NCBI GenBank assembly: GCA_950097015.1 | Contig: CATNEN010000038.1 | Location: forward strand, 9,114,001-9,178,000 | Length of the DNA: 64,000 nucleotides | Reading direction: 5' to 3' | Source: Macrostomum hystrix | Lineage: Eukaryota > Animalia > Platyhelminthes | Part shown: piece after piece, positions 35,932 through 47,740 of the stretch | Layout: every line of letters starts with the position of its first letter | Position numbering within the stretch: the first letter of the stretch is position 1 | The notes under the pieces: generated by a model | Seen by the model: the letters and a program-made list of their open reading frames with translations, nothing else | Told to the model about the DNA's origin: nothing | Databases searched by the model: none | Made by a program: the position numbers and the translations under genes

Positions 35932-38900
35932 TCACTCCTCGGCCAGGGCGCGCGACCGAGCCCTGGCAACTGAGGCCGTCTAGAATGGGCAATGTTCGAG
36001 GAAATAAAGTATTTATAGTGCAGATGCTGAGTGGCTGTGGCCAAGTGACAAGCAAGTCCCTTACAGAACTTCCACAACCATAGTCCAACAGCCGCAGCCT
36101 CCTCTAAAAACCACAACCTCTAAAAACACAGACTCCACAACCACAGCCTCCACCACCACAGCCTCCACCACCACAGCCTCCACCACCACAGCCTCCACAA
36201 CCACAGCCTCCACCACCACAGCCTCCACAACTACAGACTCCACAACCACAGACTCCACAACCACAGACTCCACAACCACAGCCTCCACAACTACAGACTC
36301 CACAACTACAGCCTCCACCACCACAGCCTCCACCACCACAGCCTCCACAACCACAGCCTCCACCACCACAGCCTCCACCACCACAGCCTCCACAACCACA
36401 GCCTCCACCACCACAGCCTCCACAACTACAGACTCCACAACCACAGACTCCACAACCACAGACTCCACAACCACAGCCTCCACAACTACAGACTCCACAA
36501 CCACAGACTCCACAACTACAGACTCCACAACCACACAGACTCCACAACTACAGACTCCACAACCACAGACTCCACAACCACAGACTCCACAACTACAGAC
36601 TCCACAACCACAGACTCCACAACTACAGACTCCACAACCACACAGACTCCACAACTACAGACTCCACAACCACAGACTCCACAACCACAGACTCCACAAC
36701 TACAGACTCCACAACCACAGACTCCACAACTACAGACTCCACAACTACAGACTCCACAACCACTGCCTCCACAACTACAGACTCCACAACTACAGACTCC
36801 ACATCAACCTCCACCACCACAGCCTCCAAAACTACAGTCTGCACAACCACAGCCTCCACAACCACCGCCTCCACAACCACCGCCTCCACAACCACAGCCT
36901 CCACAACCACCGCCTCCACAACCATCGCCTCCACAACCACCGCCTCCACAACCAAAACGTCAAGAAGCTAGGTCCCCAGAGCAAGGCAGAACTGCATCGG
37001 TGCGGCAAGGGACTCACGGCCGAGCTGGCAGTCAGGCTGCTGCTGCTCTGCACCACGCTGACGCTGCTGCGGCTCTTGGAGCGGAACTTGGTGAGGCTCT
37101 GCTCGGCGTTGTCGGCGCGCTCCTCGGACTCCTCCAGGTCATGCTGGGCCTTGCGGAACTTGGCCAGGTTGATGGCCGCGATCTCCTCAGCCTCCTCAGC
37201 CTGACGCTTGTAGGTCTTGATCTTCGACTGAAGTTTCTCAACAAGCTCCTGCAGCTTGGCCTGGTTCTTGTGCTCCTCCTCCGACTGCGAATAGTTTTTA
37301 GGTGAGTTTTTTAGACCATCGTCCTTCGATTCGTTTTGTTATTGAGAGTTCTCCGACCCTTCGCCAGAAAGAACCATTAAAATGGTTTTAAATGGTTCAG
37401 TGGGCGTCAGTTAAATAATATATCATCAATGTATCTAGCTTATAATGCGAGTTCCATCAGTGCTGGCCCGAGTGAACCCTTGATTGTAAACTGACACACA
37501 GATTGAATACCCACAGCAAAGCTGAGCTCCTTGAGGCGACGGTCGGCCTTCTTGGCATTCTTGGACGTCTCCTGGTGCCGGCGCTGCTCTTGGTCAAGCT
37601 CGGCCTCGAGCTCCTGCACCCGGGCCTCCAGCTTGGCCAGCTCCCGCTTGCCGCCCTTCAAGGCGTTGCCCTCGGAGGCGTCCAGGCGAGTCTGCAGGTC
37701 GCGCACCTGCATCTCGAGCTGGCGGCGGGACTTCTCGGCCTGCAGGGCGTGCTCCTGCTCGGCGCGCAGCTCGTCAGCCATCCGCTGGGCGTCCAGGGCG
37801 GCCTTCTTGGCCCGCTCCTCGGCTTGGCGAACTTCGTTGTGCTGCTCGTCCAGGTCAGCCTGAGATTCAGTTGAGTCGATGTGCATTCAATTCGATAATT
37901 CCTATTTTGCAATCGGTACTGTCTGAGTGTGGTCTGTCTAACAAAAACATGTTCATTCCCTGTCTAACATGTTTATATCCTGTCTAACATGTTTATATCC
38001 TGTCTAACATGTCTATATCCTATCCAACATGTCTATATCCTGTCTAACATGTCTATATCCTGTCTAACATGTTTATATCCTGTCTAACATGTTTATATCC
38101 TGTCTAACATGTTTATATCCTATCTAACATGTCTATATCCTGTCTAACATGTCTATATCCTATCTAACATGTCTATATCCTGTCTAACATGTTTATATCC
38201 TGTCTAACATGTCTATATCCTGTCTAACATGTCTATATCCTATCTAACATGTTTATATCCTGTCTAATATGTTTATATCCTGTCTAACATGTTTATATCC
38301 TGTCTAACATGTCTATATCCTGTCTAACATGTTTATATCCTGTCTAACATGTTTATTTCCTGTCTAACATATCTATATCCTGTCTAACATGTCTATATCC
38401 TGTCTAACATGTCTATATCCTGTCTAACATGTCTATATCCTGTCTAACATGTCTATATCCTGTTTAACATGTCTATATCCTGTCTAACATGTTTATATCC
38501 TGTCTAACATGTCTATATCCTGTCTAACATGTCTATATCCTGTCCAACATGTCTATATCCTGTCTAACATGTTTATATCCTGTCTAACATGTTTATATCC
38601 TGTCTAACGTGTCTCCTCCCGATCGGCTCCGCGGCTCACCTGCATGGCGTTGATATCGGCCTCCAGCTTGCGCTTGGTGGCAGTCAGCGAAGCGTTGGAA
38701 GCTGACAGCTCGCCGACCCGATCGGCGGCTTCCGCCCGCTCAGCCTCGGCGGCCTTGCGAGACCGCTCGGCCGATTCCAGGCCGGTGCGCAGCTCCTCCA
38801 GCTCCGCGGCGTACATGTTGGCCTTGCGCTCGGCTGACATGGCCAGCTCGCGGGCCTCGTCACGCTGGCGCTGTTCGTCCTCCACCTGCGGATTCAGGTC

Positions 38901-41900
38901 AGGGGGCGATGGCACATAATTTAGTGACACTAGACCCGCAGCCAGCGAGGAAGCAATTCTGCCCGTTTCACTGACTCCTGAGCACACACGCACACAGATA
39001 TCTCGTACTGTACGCAGGCACACACTCACACAGGTGTGTACATCTGCCCTGACTTTCTCATGTTCATGCAGTGTACACTCTCACCGTGCCTTGGAGGTTG
39101 GCCCTCAATGGCGTAAATTGCACGACAAGCCCTCAAGCCTTCTCTCCGCGGCTGCGCCCCAAATAAATGTGGCCTCGCCGCGGAATCGAGCTCAGAGACC
39201 TTGGTGCGAGAGACAAACGCGTTAACCGCTCTGCCACTAACCCCTGACCTTGATTGCTCACCCCGATCGGACATTCTTAGCCGATTCAATGCACAACCGA
39301 ATATTCCTAGAAACAGGAAAGCTAACCTGTGTCTGCAGCTCGCGCAGCTGCTGCTGGTACTTCTTCAGGTTCTTGTCTCCCTCAGCGCGAGCCCGGTTGG
39401 CATTGTCCAGAGCCACCTCCAGCTCGTTGATGTCCTGCTCTAGCTTTTTCTTCTGGCGCTGCACCTCGGCCTTGCCCTTGGTCTCGGCCTCCACGGAGGC
39501 GGCCATCGACTCCATGGCTCGCTGGTGGTTCTTGCGGGTGCTCTCGAACTCCTCCTCCTTCTCGGCCAGCCTGCGGTCAACGTCCTGTTTGAGCTGGGCG
39601 ATCTCGAGCTGGGAGCGGGCGACCTTGGCCTCCTCCTGGTGCGGGATGGTCGAAGTCAGTAGTGAGAAAGGTGTGCAAACAAGGTTCTCTTATAAAACCC
39701 ATACAGTACATATAGCAAGTTTAAAAAAGAAACAATTAAAACTTGCAGCCCAGTTGCTAGCGCTCTATTCTTCTGATCGAGAGGTCATAAGTTCGTATCT
39801 CAGTCCTAGGGGTGCAATTAGTGTCCTTAGCTTTGGTAGAAATTTAGGTAAACGGGGCGGTCCCACCAGGCCACGGACTGAACAGCTGTACCCACAGCCT
39901 TTGGACGCGCCGCTCAACGCGATTACTAATAGTAACTATACCTAGAGAGCTCATAACTTCTCACCTGCTCGAGAGCGGCCTCAGCCTCCTCAAGAGCCGC
40001 CTGCAGCTCCTCCTTCTCCATCTCCAGCCGACGTCGCGCCTTGTCGATCTCGTGCACATTCCGGCCGCCCTCGCCCAGCTGCTCGGTGAGGTCGTGGATC
40101 TCGTCAGCCAGGCTCTTGTTCTCCCGACGAACAGCCTCGGTCTGGTCGCGGGCCTCCTCCAGCTGCGCCTTCAGCTTGAAGATCTCGGTGGAGTAGCCGC
40201 GCGACTCGCGCTGCACCGATTCGAGATCGGCCTGGGCCTGCTGGCACTTCTGCTGCCACTCGGCCAGGGTCTTGTCGAAGTTCTTCTGCTTCTTCTCCAG
40301 CTGGGCGGCGAGCACAGTGGATCGCTCCAGGTCGACGGTGGCGTCCTCCAGCTCAGCCTGCAGCCGCTGCTTCACCTTCTCCACCTGGGCCACCTTGGCG
40401 CGGGCACTCTCCACCTCGTCCTGCGCCTCCAGCAGCTTGGCCTGCAGACGGCGCTTCAGCTCCTCGACCTCCTCGCCGCCGCCGCCGCCGCCGCTCTCGT
40501 ACTTGGAGCGCCACTGCTGCGCCTCGCCCTGCGCCTTGGCCAACTGGCGCTGCAGGTCGGACTTGGCCTCCTGCGAACAATGTCATTTGTAAGGGCTAGC
40601 TGTTGCAGTCTTGACTTGGAGTGTGTTTTTAGCACACAAACGATTCCTATGCTTTGGCTAGGAGAAGCACAAAAGAATCTGGCGAAGCCTCACCTGCTCC
40701 TCCTCAAGCTGCTCGCGCAGCTGCTCAAGGTCCGCGCTCAGATTGCGCACATCCGAGCTCAGCTTGGCCTTCAGCCGGCTCTCGTCCTCAAGGTTGCGCC
40801 GGGCCTCCTCGAGCTGCTGGGCCAGCTGCTGCTTGGCCTTGGCCAGCTGGCTGAGCTGAGCCTCAGCCTCCTCAAGCTGCCGGCCGAGGTCGCCGCCCTC
40901 CTGCTGGGCGCGGCTCTTCTGCGACTGCAGATCGCCGATCTGCCGGGCGGCATCGTCCAGGCGACTCTGGAAGGTGGTTCGAGCGTCGGACGTGCGACTT
41001 GAAGGTCGGGGGTACGATTCTGATTCATATAATATTTTTCTTAGATATTTAAAAATCCCACGTTGCAGATAGTAGGATCTCGTTTTGCAACAATTTTCAC
41101 AACAGCCACTCTCACCTGCAGCTCCGACAGCTGAGCCTCCAGAGTCTTGGAGTTCTTCTCAGCCGTGGCCTTGGCCTTGTTCAAGTGGTCCAGCTGGGCG
41201 TGCAGGTCCTCCATCTCGGCTTTGTACTGAGTCTTCTCCTTCTCGGTCTTGGCCTTGGCCTTCTGCAGCTGGTCAACCTGCTCGGCCAGCTCGTTGACGG
41301 CGTCCTGCTGCTTCTTGCGCAACTGCTGCACCATCTGCTCGTGCTGGAGCGCGCTGTCCTCGATCTCGCGGCGCATCTTCAGCAGCTCAGCCTCGCGCTT
41401 CTTGTTCAGCTCCTGCTGGGCTACGGTGGCGCCGCCTTGCTCCTCGAGCTTGTCGGCAACGTCCTCGAGCTCAGCCTCAACCTGCTGGCGCTGTTTCTCG
41501 GCCTTCGACCGGGCCTGGCGCTCGGACTCCAGCTCCTCCTCTAGCTCCTGGATGCGAGCCTGCAGCTCCTTGATCTTGCGCTGCAGCTGGGCGATGATGC
41601 CCTGCTCGTCCTCAACCTTACTGTGCAGGCTGTTGAGCTCGGCGTCCTTGCGCTTGATCTGCTCCTCCATGTCGCGCTTCACCCGCTCCAGGTCGTCAAC
41701 GGTCTCCTGGGTCATCTTCAGGTCGCCCTCCACCTTGCGCTTGGCCTTCTCAACGTCGGCCCGGATCTTCTTCTCGCGCTCCAGCTGGTCTTCGAGCTCG
41801 TCAAGGTTCTGCTCCAGCTTCTGCTTCAGCTTGTTCAGGTTGTTGACCTGTGTGTTTGAAACATTTTATAGTTTATAATTGACAGTCTACTATTACTGGT

Positions 41901-44900
41901 TTGGTATCAGCGCGCACAACTCTTCACCTTCTGCTCCTCGGCAGCCAGGGCCTCCTGGGTCTGCTTGATGGTCTCCTCGTGAGCCTTCTTCTCCTTCTGC
42001 AGCTTGGCGATTGACTCGTCCTGGCGGGCCATCTCCTCCTGCAGAGTGCGGATCTGGTTCTCCTTGCTCTGCTTCTCCTGCTCAGACTTCTGCAGGCTCT
42101 GCTCCAGATCCTCGATATCCTTCTTCAGCTCGTCCATATCGCCCTCCATCTTCTTCTTGACGCCCTCCAGCTCGTTGGCGGCGTCCTCCTCGTCCAGAAG
42201 GCGGTCCTCCAGCTCCTTGATCTGGGTCTCGTAGTCGGCCTTCTGCTTGATGAGGTTCTCGATCTTTTCCTCGGCGTCAGCCAGAGTGTCCTGCTCAGCC
42301 TGCAGCTGCAGGAAGATGTCGTTCTTCTGCTGCAGCAGCGTCACATTCTGCTCCTCGAGCTCCTTCTTGAGCTTCTCCAGCTTCTCGAACTCCTCCTTCA
42401 TCTTGGCGAGCTCCTCTGCGGCCTTCTTCATCTCCTCCTCCTGGCGGGCGATGTTGAGCATCGGCTTGACCTTCAAGTACAGACGCCACCATTCCCAGTT
42501 CTTGAGCTGCAGGTGTTTGCGCACATTGCGCTGGATGATGCTGAGGGCGGTGCGCTGGTCCTGCAGCTTCTTGTGCTTGCGGCGCATCAGGTAGCCGCGG
42601 ATCTGGGCCTGTGGTGGGTTGGCGGTTTATTGACAACGGTAGACAACTGCAACTAATCCTGTTGCCCATGCACTGAAATGAAAGCTACTCTCTTCTGAGT
42701 CAATCTATGAGTCAATTCTGTGACAGGCTCATACTAGCTGCTTAGGGTGGTCGCAGTTCTCACCTGGAAGAGCGACAGAATGCGGCTCAGCTTCTCGTCG
42801 CGCATATCCTCGAGCTCGGCCAGCACTCCGGCCTTGAAGAAGACCTTGGTGTTGCCCAGGCGGTAGAGTTGCTTGTCTAGCTGGATGGCCTCCAGGATGT
42901 TGCCGCTGACAACTTTACCTTCGACGAAACCGTCCGGGATGGCGTTGGGAGCCAGGATGGAGTAGCTGTCGGGTGGAGAATCTCATTAGTCTCATTTGAC
43001 TGCATCAAATTTGTCATGAAATCAATGTCGGGTCGGAAACTCACCGCTGCTTGAACTCGGAGTAGATCATGCGGTTGGGGAAGCCCTTGCGGCAGATACG
43101 AATGCCCTCCAGCACACCGTTGCAGTGCAGCTGGTGCAGGATGAGGTGGGCGTCAACCACTCCGGACTGCTTGAACTCGTTCGGCACAATGCAACGGATG
43201 AAGTGCGGCGAGGTGCTGTGCAGGTTCTTCATCAGCTTGTTCAGCGACTCCTGCGGAAGTGTTGGCGCCACATTAAGTTGTTTTGCATGCTTCAAATTCT
43301 CAGCTCAGCAAAAATGACTCACCCTGTGAGTAGCGGAGATGGTCTGCATGCCGCCTCCCTTGCGCTTCTTGCCGGACTTCGCGTCGCCATCTGCAACGGA
43401 GGTTCGGGAGATGCCGATCAATGCGAGTGAGGCATTCTGTGGTTTCAGCGGTAGATAGCCTTGACTAAAGCTCAACAAGATAAGGCCATTGTTCGGAATT
43501 GACTAATGAGACTAGTCTCTCACCATCCGGCGGCGGGAACAGGGTGGCAACCAGGTGCTCCTTGCTGCCGCTGAGCACGCCGATGACAGACTCGTTCAGC
43601 GGGTCCTTGTTCCTCTCCAGCCAGCCGGTGATGTTGTAGGGCACGGAGCCGGCGTAGTGGTGCAGCTCGAAGTGAGCCTCGGCTTTGCCAGGCTTTGGCG
43701 GCTTCGGCTTGCCGAAGTTCGGCGATTTTCCCAGGTGGTTGTCGTACAGCTTGTTCTTGAAGGTGGTGTCCGAGGCCTTCGGGAACATGCACTCCTCCTC
43801 CAGGATGGACAGGATGCCCATGGGCTTCTCGATCAGCTCGATGCAGGCCTGCAGGTCCATGCCGAAGTCGATGAACTCCCAGTCGATGGCCTCCTTCTTG
43901 TACTCCTCCTGCTCCAGCACGAACATGTGGTGGTTGAAGAACTGCTGCAGGCGCTCGTTGGTGTAGTTGATGCAGATCTGCTCGAAGCCGTTGAAGTCAA
44001 AGATCTCGAAGCCGGCGATATCGAGCACGCCGATGAAGTGCTGACGCTTCACCTTGGTGTCCAGCGTCTGGTTGACGCGGGTGACCAGCCAGCCGAACAT
44101 GCGGTGGTACAGCGACTTGGCCAGGGCGCTCACGGAGAAGTTCACCTGTTCCAGAGTCTGGCCCTTAGTCACGTAGTCGTTGCCGACCTTCACCTTGGGC
44201 TTCAGGATGGCCTGCAGCAAATCCTTGGCGTTCACGCCCAGCAGGAAGGCCACCTTCTCGGCCTCGGCTGTGCCATCGGCTTCGGCCTACAGACCAGGTG
44301 TGATTTTGTGTCTCATTAGGTCAAGCTGATTGTTTAAACTGGTTGTTTCAACCATGACTCACCTGCTCCTCGCGCGGTCTCTGCTTGAACTTCATCTCAC
44401 CCATGTTCAGGATGGAGGTGGTGCACTTGAACATACCGAACTTCTCCTCGGCCGAAAAGCCAAGAATGTCGATGGCCTCGTCCGTCAGCTTCATCTCCTC
44501 GGCGTCGTCGACTCCATCGATAGCTAGCTCGCCCTGGTTGATGAAGGAGTACAGGGCCGGGTCGGCGGACACCAGCAGCTTGTCGTGCCACTGCTTGCCG
44601 TAGGTGGACAGCAGCTGGTAGAAGATGTGGTAGTTGCGCTCGCCATTCATCTGGGAGGTGACGCGAGACTTCTCCAGCAGGTCTGAAAGGTGGGGCGAAG
44701 GTTAGCCGTTTGCACGGGGGTCGGTGGCAGAGCGGTCTCGTTTGCTATCGCGTTTGCCTCTCGCACCAAGGTCCCTAAGTTCGATTCCACGGCGACGCCA
44801 CATTTATTTGGGGCGCAGCCGCGGAGAGAAGGCTTGGGGGCTTGTCGTGCAATTTACGCCATTGAGGGCCAACCTCCAAGGCACAGTGAGAGTGTACACT

Positions 44901-47102
44901 GCCTGACGATGAGAAAGTCAGGGCAGATGTACTCACCTGTGTGAGCGTATGCCTGCGTACAGTATCTGTGTGCGTGTGTGCTCAAGAGTCAGCGAAATGG
45001 GCAGAATTGCCTCCTCGCTGGCTGCGGGTCTGGTGTCACTAAATTATGTGACATTGCCCGCAGCCCTCCTGCAATTATTATTATTTTTATTATTATTATT
45101 ATAGCCGTTTGCACCGCTGGCTGAGGCTTAAAGTGGGGATTGAACCAAGCAGGGCAGACTAAAACCGATTTCGAGCTCGTTTGCGCTCGCCAGTCAGTCT
45201 TAGTCACAAAAAGTCGGCTCCACATCTTCTGAGTTCAGGAACTCAGAAAGATGGCACCCCAAATGAATGTGGCCGCACCGAGAGACAAACGTGTCTGAAC
45301 GCTCTTCCACTCACCTGACAGAATAGCCTTATTTTTATTCTACCTTAAGGTAGTATTTCTACTTCTAGTCTAAAAATTCACTAAATGTTCAAAGAGCTCT
45401 ACTATCAGTAGGCCATCGCTAACATCCCACACTGATCAACTCACAGAATTCGATATCAGCTCCGGCAATTTTTCCACCAGTACCGAAGTGGATTCGGATA
45501 AACTTTCCCTGTAAAAAGGAAGAATAAAGCTTTGATAAGCAAAATAGTCCATATCAAAGTACGAATCATCAAAACACGCCGGCGTCACTTACGAAGCGCG
45601 AGGAGTTGTTGTTGCGCACAGTCTTGGCATTACCGTAGGCCTCCAGAACAGGGTTGGCCTGCACAATCTGCTCCTCCAGGGTGCCCTGAAATTTCATTGC
45701 GAGAGGATCGACTGACGGCTTGTCGGAAACTGACTACTCGATCATTTTTAACCAGCTTGTTCAAAATTGTTGGCCCACCTTCTTCGAATCCGTGGCAGCC
45801 TGCTCGCCCTCGGACTTCTGCAGGGCGGTAACTTGAGCAAAATACGAAATAACCTTCTTGGTGTTCTCAGTCTTGCCAGCGCCGCTCTCGCCGCTGGGCA
45901 GGGAAGAAAAATAAATAGAATCGTGATAGTTTGAGACAAAGCAATTCATGTTATTAATAAATAACGACAATGAACTACACCCACCCTAATTGGGCTACAT
46001 GTGCAGCCGACAGCACAGCCGCAGCTATTGCACGGCGCGTCTGAACACTGAACACTTTTCAGTCCATTGACTGGGGGGGACGCGACACCCACCCTCAATG
46101 ACCCCCAGCTGATGCTGGTACTCATTTATCAGCTTGGTGAACTGAAGCAATTTTGAGCAAAGTGCCTTGCTAAAGGACACAAATTGTTCAAGTGGAGTCA
46201 GGAATCGAACTCCCGACCTTTGAATCGTGAGTCCAACGTTCTAACCACTAGGCTTAAACCACCATATTGATCTTAAAGCGAGAACAAACTCACGTGATGA
46301 GTACGGACTGGTTCTCGCGCTCTGAAATGTTGTAGATTGTGAGCAGTTAGGCATTTAGGTACTGGAGTTCAGACAGACGCACAGGTTTATGCACTGACAA
46401 GTGAAGTGAGAGCTAGGGAGGCGCTATACTAACCCTGCAGCATGTTGGAGTAGGCATTGTCCGAGATGGCGAACGCGTGCGGCGGCATCTCGGTCTTTCG
46501 CTTGCCCTTGTACTTGAGCACCACACTCTTGGTGTAGATTGGAAGCCGCTTGTAGGGGTTCACCACAACGCAGAACAGGCCGGAGTAAGTCTGCAAGCAG
46601 TCGGTCCTCAGTTTGAAGGGAAAAAAATCGAAAGCGAATGATTCCATGAAGCCCCAAAAGACTCACGTAGATCAGCATCTTCACGTAGCGGCTGCGCAGG
46701 TTGTGTAGCACGGAGGCGTCGTTCAGGAACGTCAGGTTGGCCATGTCCTCAAGCAGCTCGAACTTCGGCGGGTTCACCTGCTGAATGTCATCCTCCTTCA
46801 GCGTCTTCTCCTGTCATGTTTAAGAAAATTTAGAACTAGACAAGTTGAACGGAACTTTTAAATAGTCAATTAGATAGCGATGTCCAGGCACTTTCTCAAC
46901 TCACATCGCCTTTCTCGGTGCGAACGGTGACTTTGCCGCCATCGCGCGACACAACATCGGCCTTGACGTAGCCCTCTTTCTCATCGGGGACCCAGCAGAT
47001 CTTCTTAGAGTCGAACTGTACGTTGCCAATCTCTTTCAGAAGCGCTTTGCGATCCACACCCAGGAACTTGAAGTCCGGGTCATTAGGGTCCAATCCGGAC
47101 AT
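35932..47102 (-). CDS. Mhc: Myosin II heavy chain, striated-muscle type, 21 coding exons, 1954 aa
   Basis: Exons 47102-46905, 46810-46667, 46590-46434, 46321-46294, 45893-45779, 45685-45593, 45508-45445, 44682-44363, 44286-43524, 43390-43323, 43250-43045, 42965-42764, 42608-41928, 41847-41116, 40966-40694, 40570-39965, 39635-39327, 38885-38640, 37859-37515, 37284-37018, 35979-35932. All are GT-AG and phase-consistent; total 5865 nt. Contains P-loop GESGAGKT, switch I NNNSSRF, switch [28 protein letters not shown] region, coiled-coil rod and tail [15 protein letters not shown]. The last exon is the least certain. Confidence 0.96.
36070..36955. repeat. 15-bp minisatellite (ccacagcctccacca / ctacagactccacaa), last Mhc intron
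   Basis: Tandem array; source of the VVVEA and CGVCG ORFs. Confidence 0.95.
37960..38608. repeat. 20-bp minisatellite (tgtctaacatgt[t/c]tatatcc), Mhc intron
   Basis: Tandem array starting ~30 nt after the donor at 38639. Confidence 0.97.
38905..39245 (-). mobile_element. SINE family A copy lacking its tail, Mhc intron
   Basis: Reverse-complement match to family A from the A-box to tgtcactaaattatgtgcc. Confidence 0.9.
39855..39930 (+). mobile_element. SINE family B 3' fragment
   Basis: ggactgaacagctgtac..cagcctt.ggacgcgccgc matches family B. Confidence 0.55.
44716..45101 (+). mobile_element. SINE family A, young full-length copy with a 13-bp target-site duplication
   Basis: A/B boxes, body and (ATT)n tail; perfect direct repeat tagccgtttgcac at 44703-44715 and 45102-45114. 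Confidence 0.95.
45255..45315 (-). mobile_element. SINE family A 5' fragment
   Basis: ccccaaatgaatgtggcc..gagagacaaacg..cgctct.ccactcacc. Confidence 0.55.
45950..46256 (-). mobile_element. SINE family B, full-length copy in Mhc intron
   Basis: A-box agcctagtggttag, B-box gagttcgattcc, CORE-like gtgtcctttagcaaggcactt; colinear with 32752-33042. Confidence 0.88.
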
Positions 47103-47124
47103 TTTAGCTGCCAATGTGAGAGGG

Positions 47125-47334
47125 TGCGTACAGCTGTCCAGTCCATGGACTGGGGGGGACGCCACACCCACCTTCAATTATCCCAGCTGATGCTGGTACC
47201 CATTTAACAGCTGGGTGAACTGAAGCAATGCAGAGTTAAGTGTCTCGCTAAAGGGCACAAATCGTTCCAGTGGAGTCGGGAATCGAACCCGCGACCTTCA
47301 AGTCGTGAGTCCGACGCCCTAACCACTAGGCTAC
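47125..47334 (-). mobile_element. SINE family B, 3'-truncated copy in the Mhc 5'-UTR intron
   Basis: Well-preserved tRNA-like head gtagcctagtggttagggcgtcggactcacgacttgaaggtcgcgggttcgattcccgac followed by the CORE-like body. Confidence 0.9.
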
Positions 47335-47506
47335 AAATTGCTTGACAAGCCTCCAAGCCTTCTCTCCTCGGATTCGTGGATTCGAGCTCAGGGCTTTGAT
47401 CCTGGAGTCGGACTCATTCAGCTATCAACAATTCTACTAGTCTACCTGAGTGCCAAAACTATTTTCAAAAGGCCAAAACAACCAACGCTACAACGCTCCA
47501 ACTTAC

Positions 47507-47650
47507 CTTAGTGCTGAGTAGCGAGGTAAATAATAATTCTATTTGAAAAAAGCTAATCGAAACGGACTATAAAGAAAGGATGCTTTGAAAAGAAACTATC
47601 TCTCTCTCGTCTCTCTCTCGATGCGAAGATGGCGGGCGAACTCGGCTCTG
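47507..47650 (-). other. Probable non-coding first exon of Mhc
   Basis: Consensus donor AAG|GTAAGT at 47506; acceptor ggcag| five nt before the ATG. The transcription start is estimated from a TAAAAAG TATA-like element near 47666-47672. Confidence 0.55.
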
Positions 47651-47730
47651 ACGGTGCGCTCCGGCCTTTTTACCAGCGGCTCCCCAATGCCCTGCAGCCA
47701 ACTGCCAGAGGCACCACTGCGCCAGCATGA

Positions 47731-47740
47731 CCAAATATGG
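47731..47740. promoter_or_regulatory. CArG box (SRF-binding consensus CC(A/T)6GG) upstream of Mhc
   Basis: CCAAATATGG, ~60 nt upstream of the TATA-like element of a muscle gene. Confidence 0.65.

Noticed and set aside
36061-36955. VVVEA / CGVCG repeat ORFs
   Set aside because: 15-bp array within the last Mhc intron.
37000-44603. Long plus-strand ORFs overlapping Mhc
   Set aside because: Antisense shadows of GC3-rich myosin codons.
47265-47334. tRNA-like sequences with A and B boxes (also 16715, 33000, 44716, 46200)
   Set aside because: They continue directly into shared SINE bodies and lack a proper acceptor stem and terminator; SINE heads, not tRNA genes.
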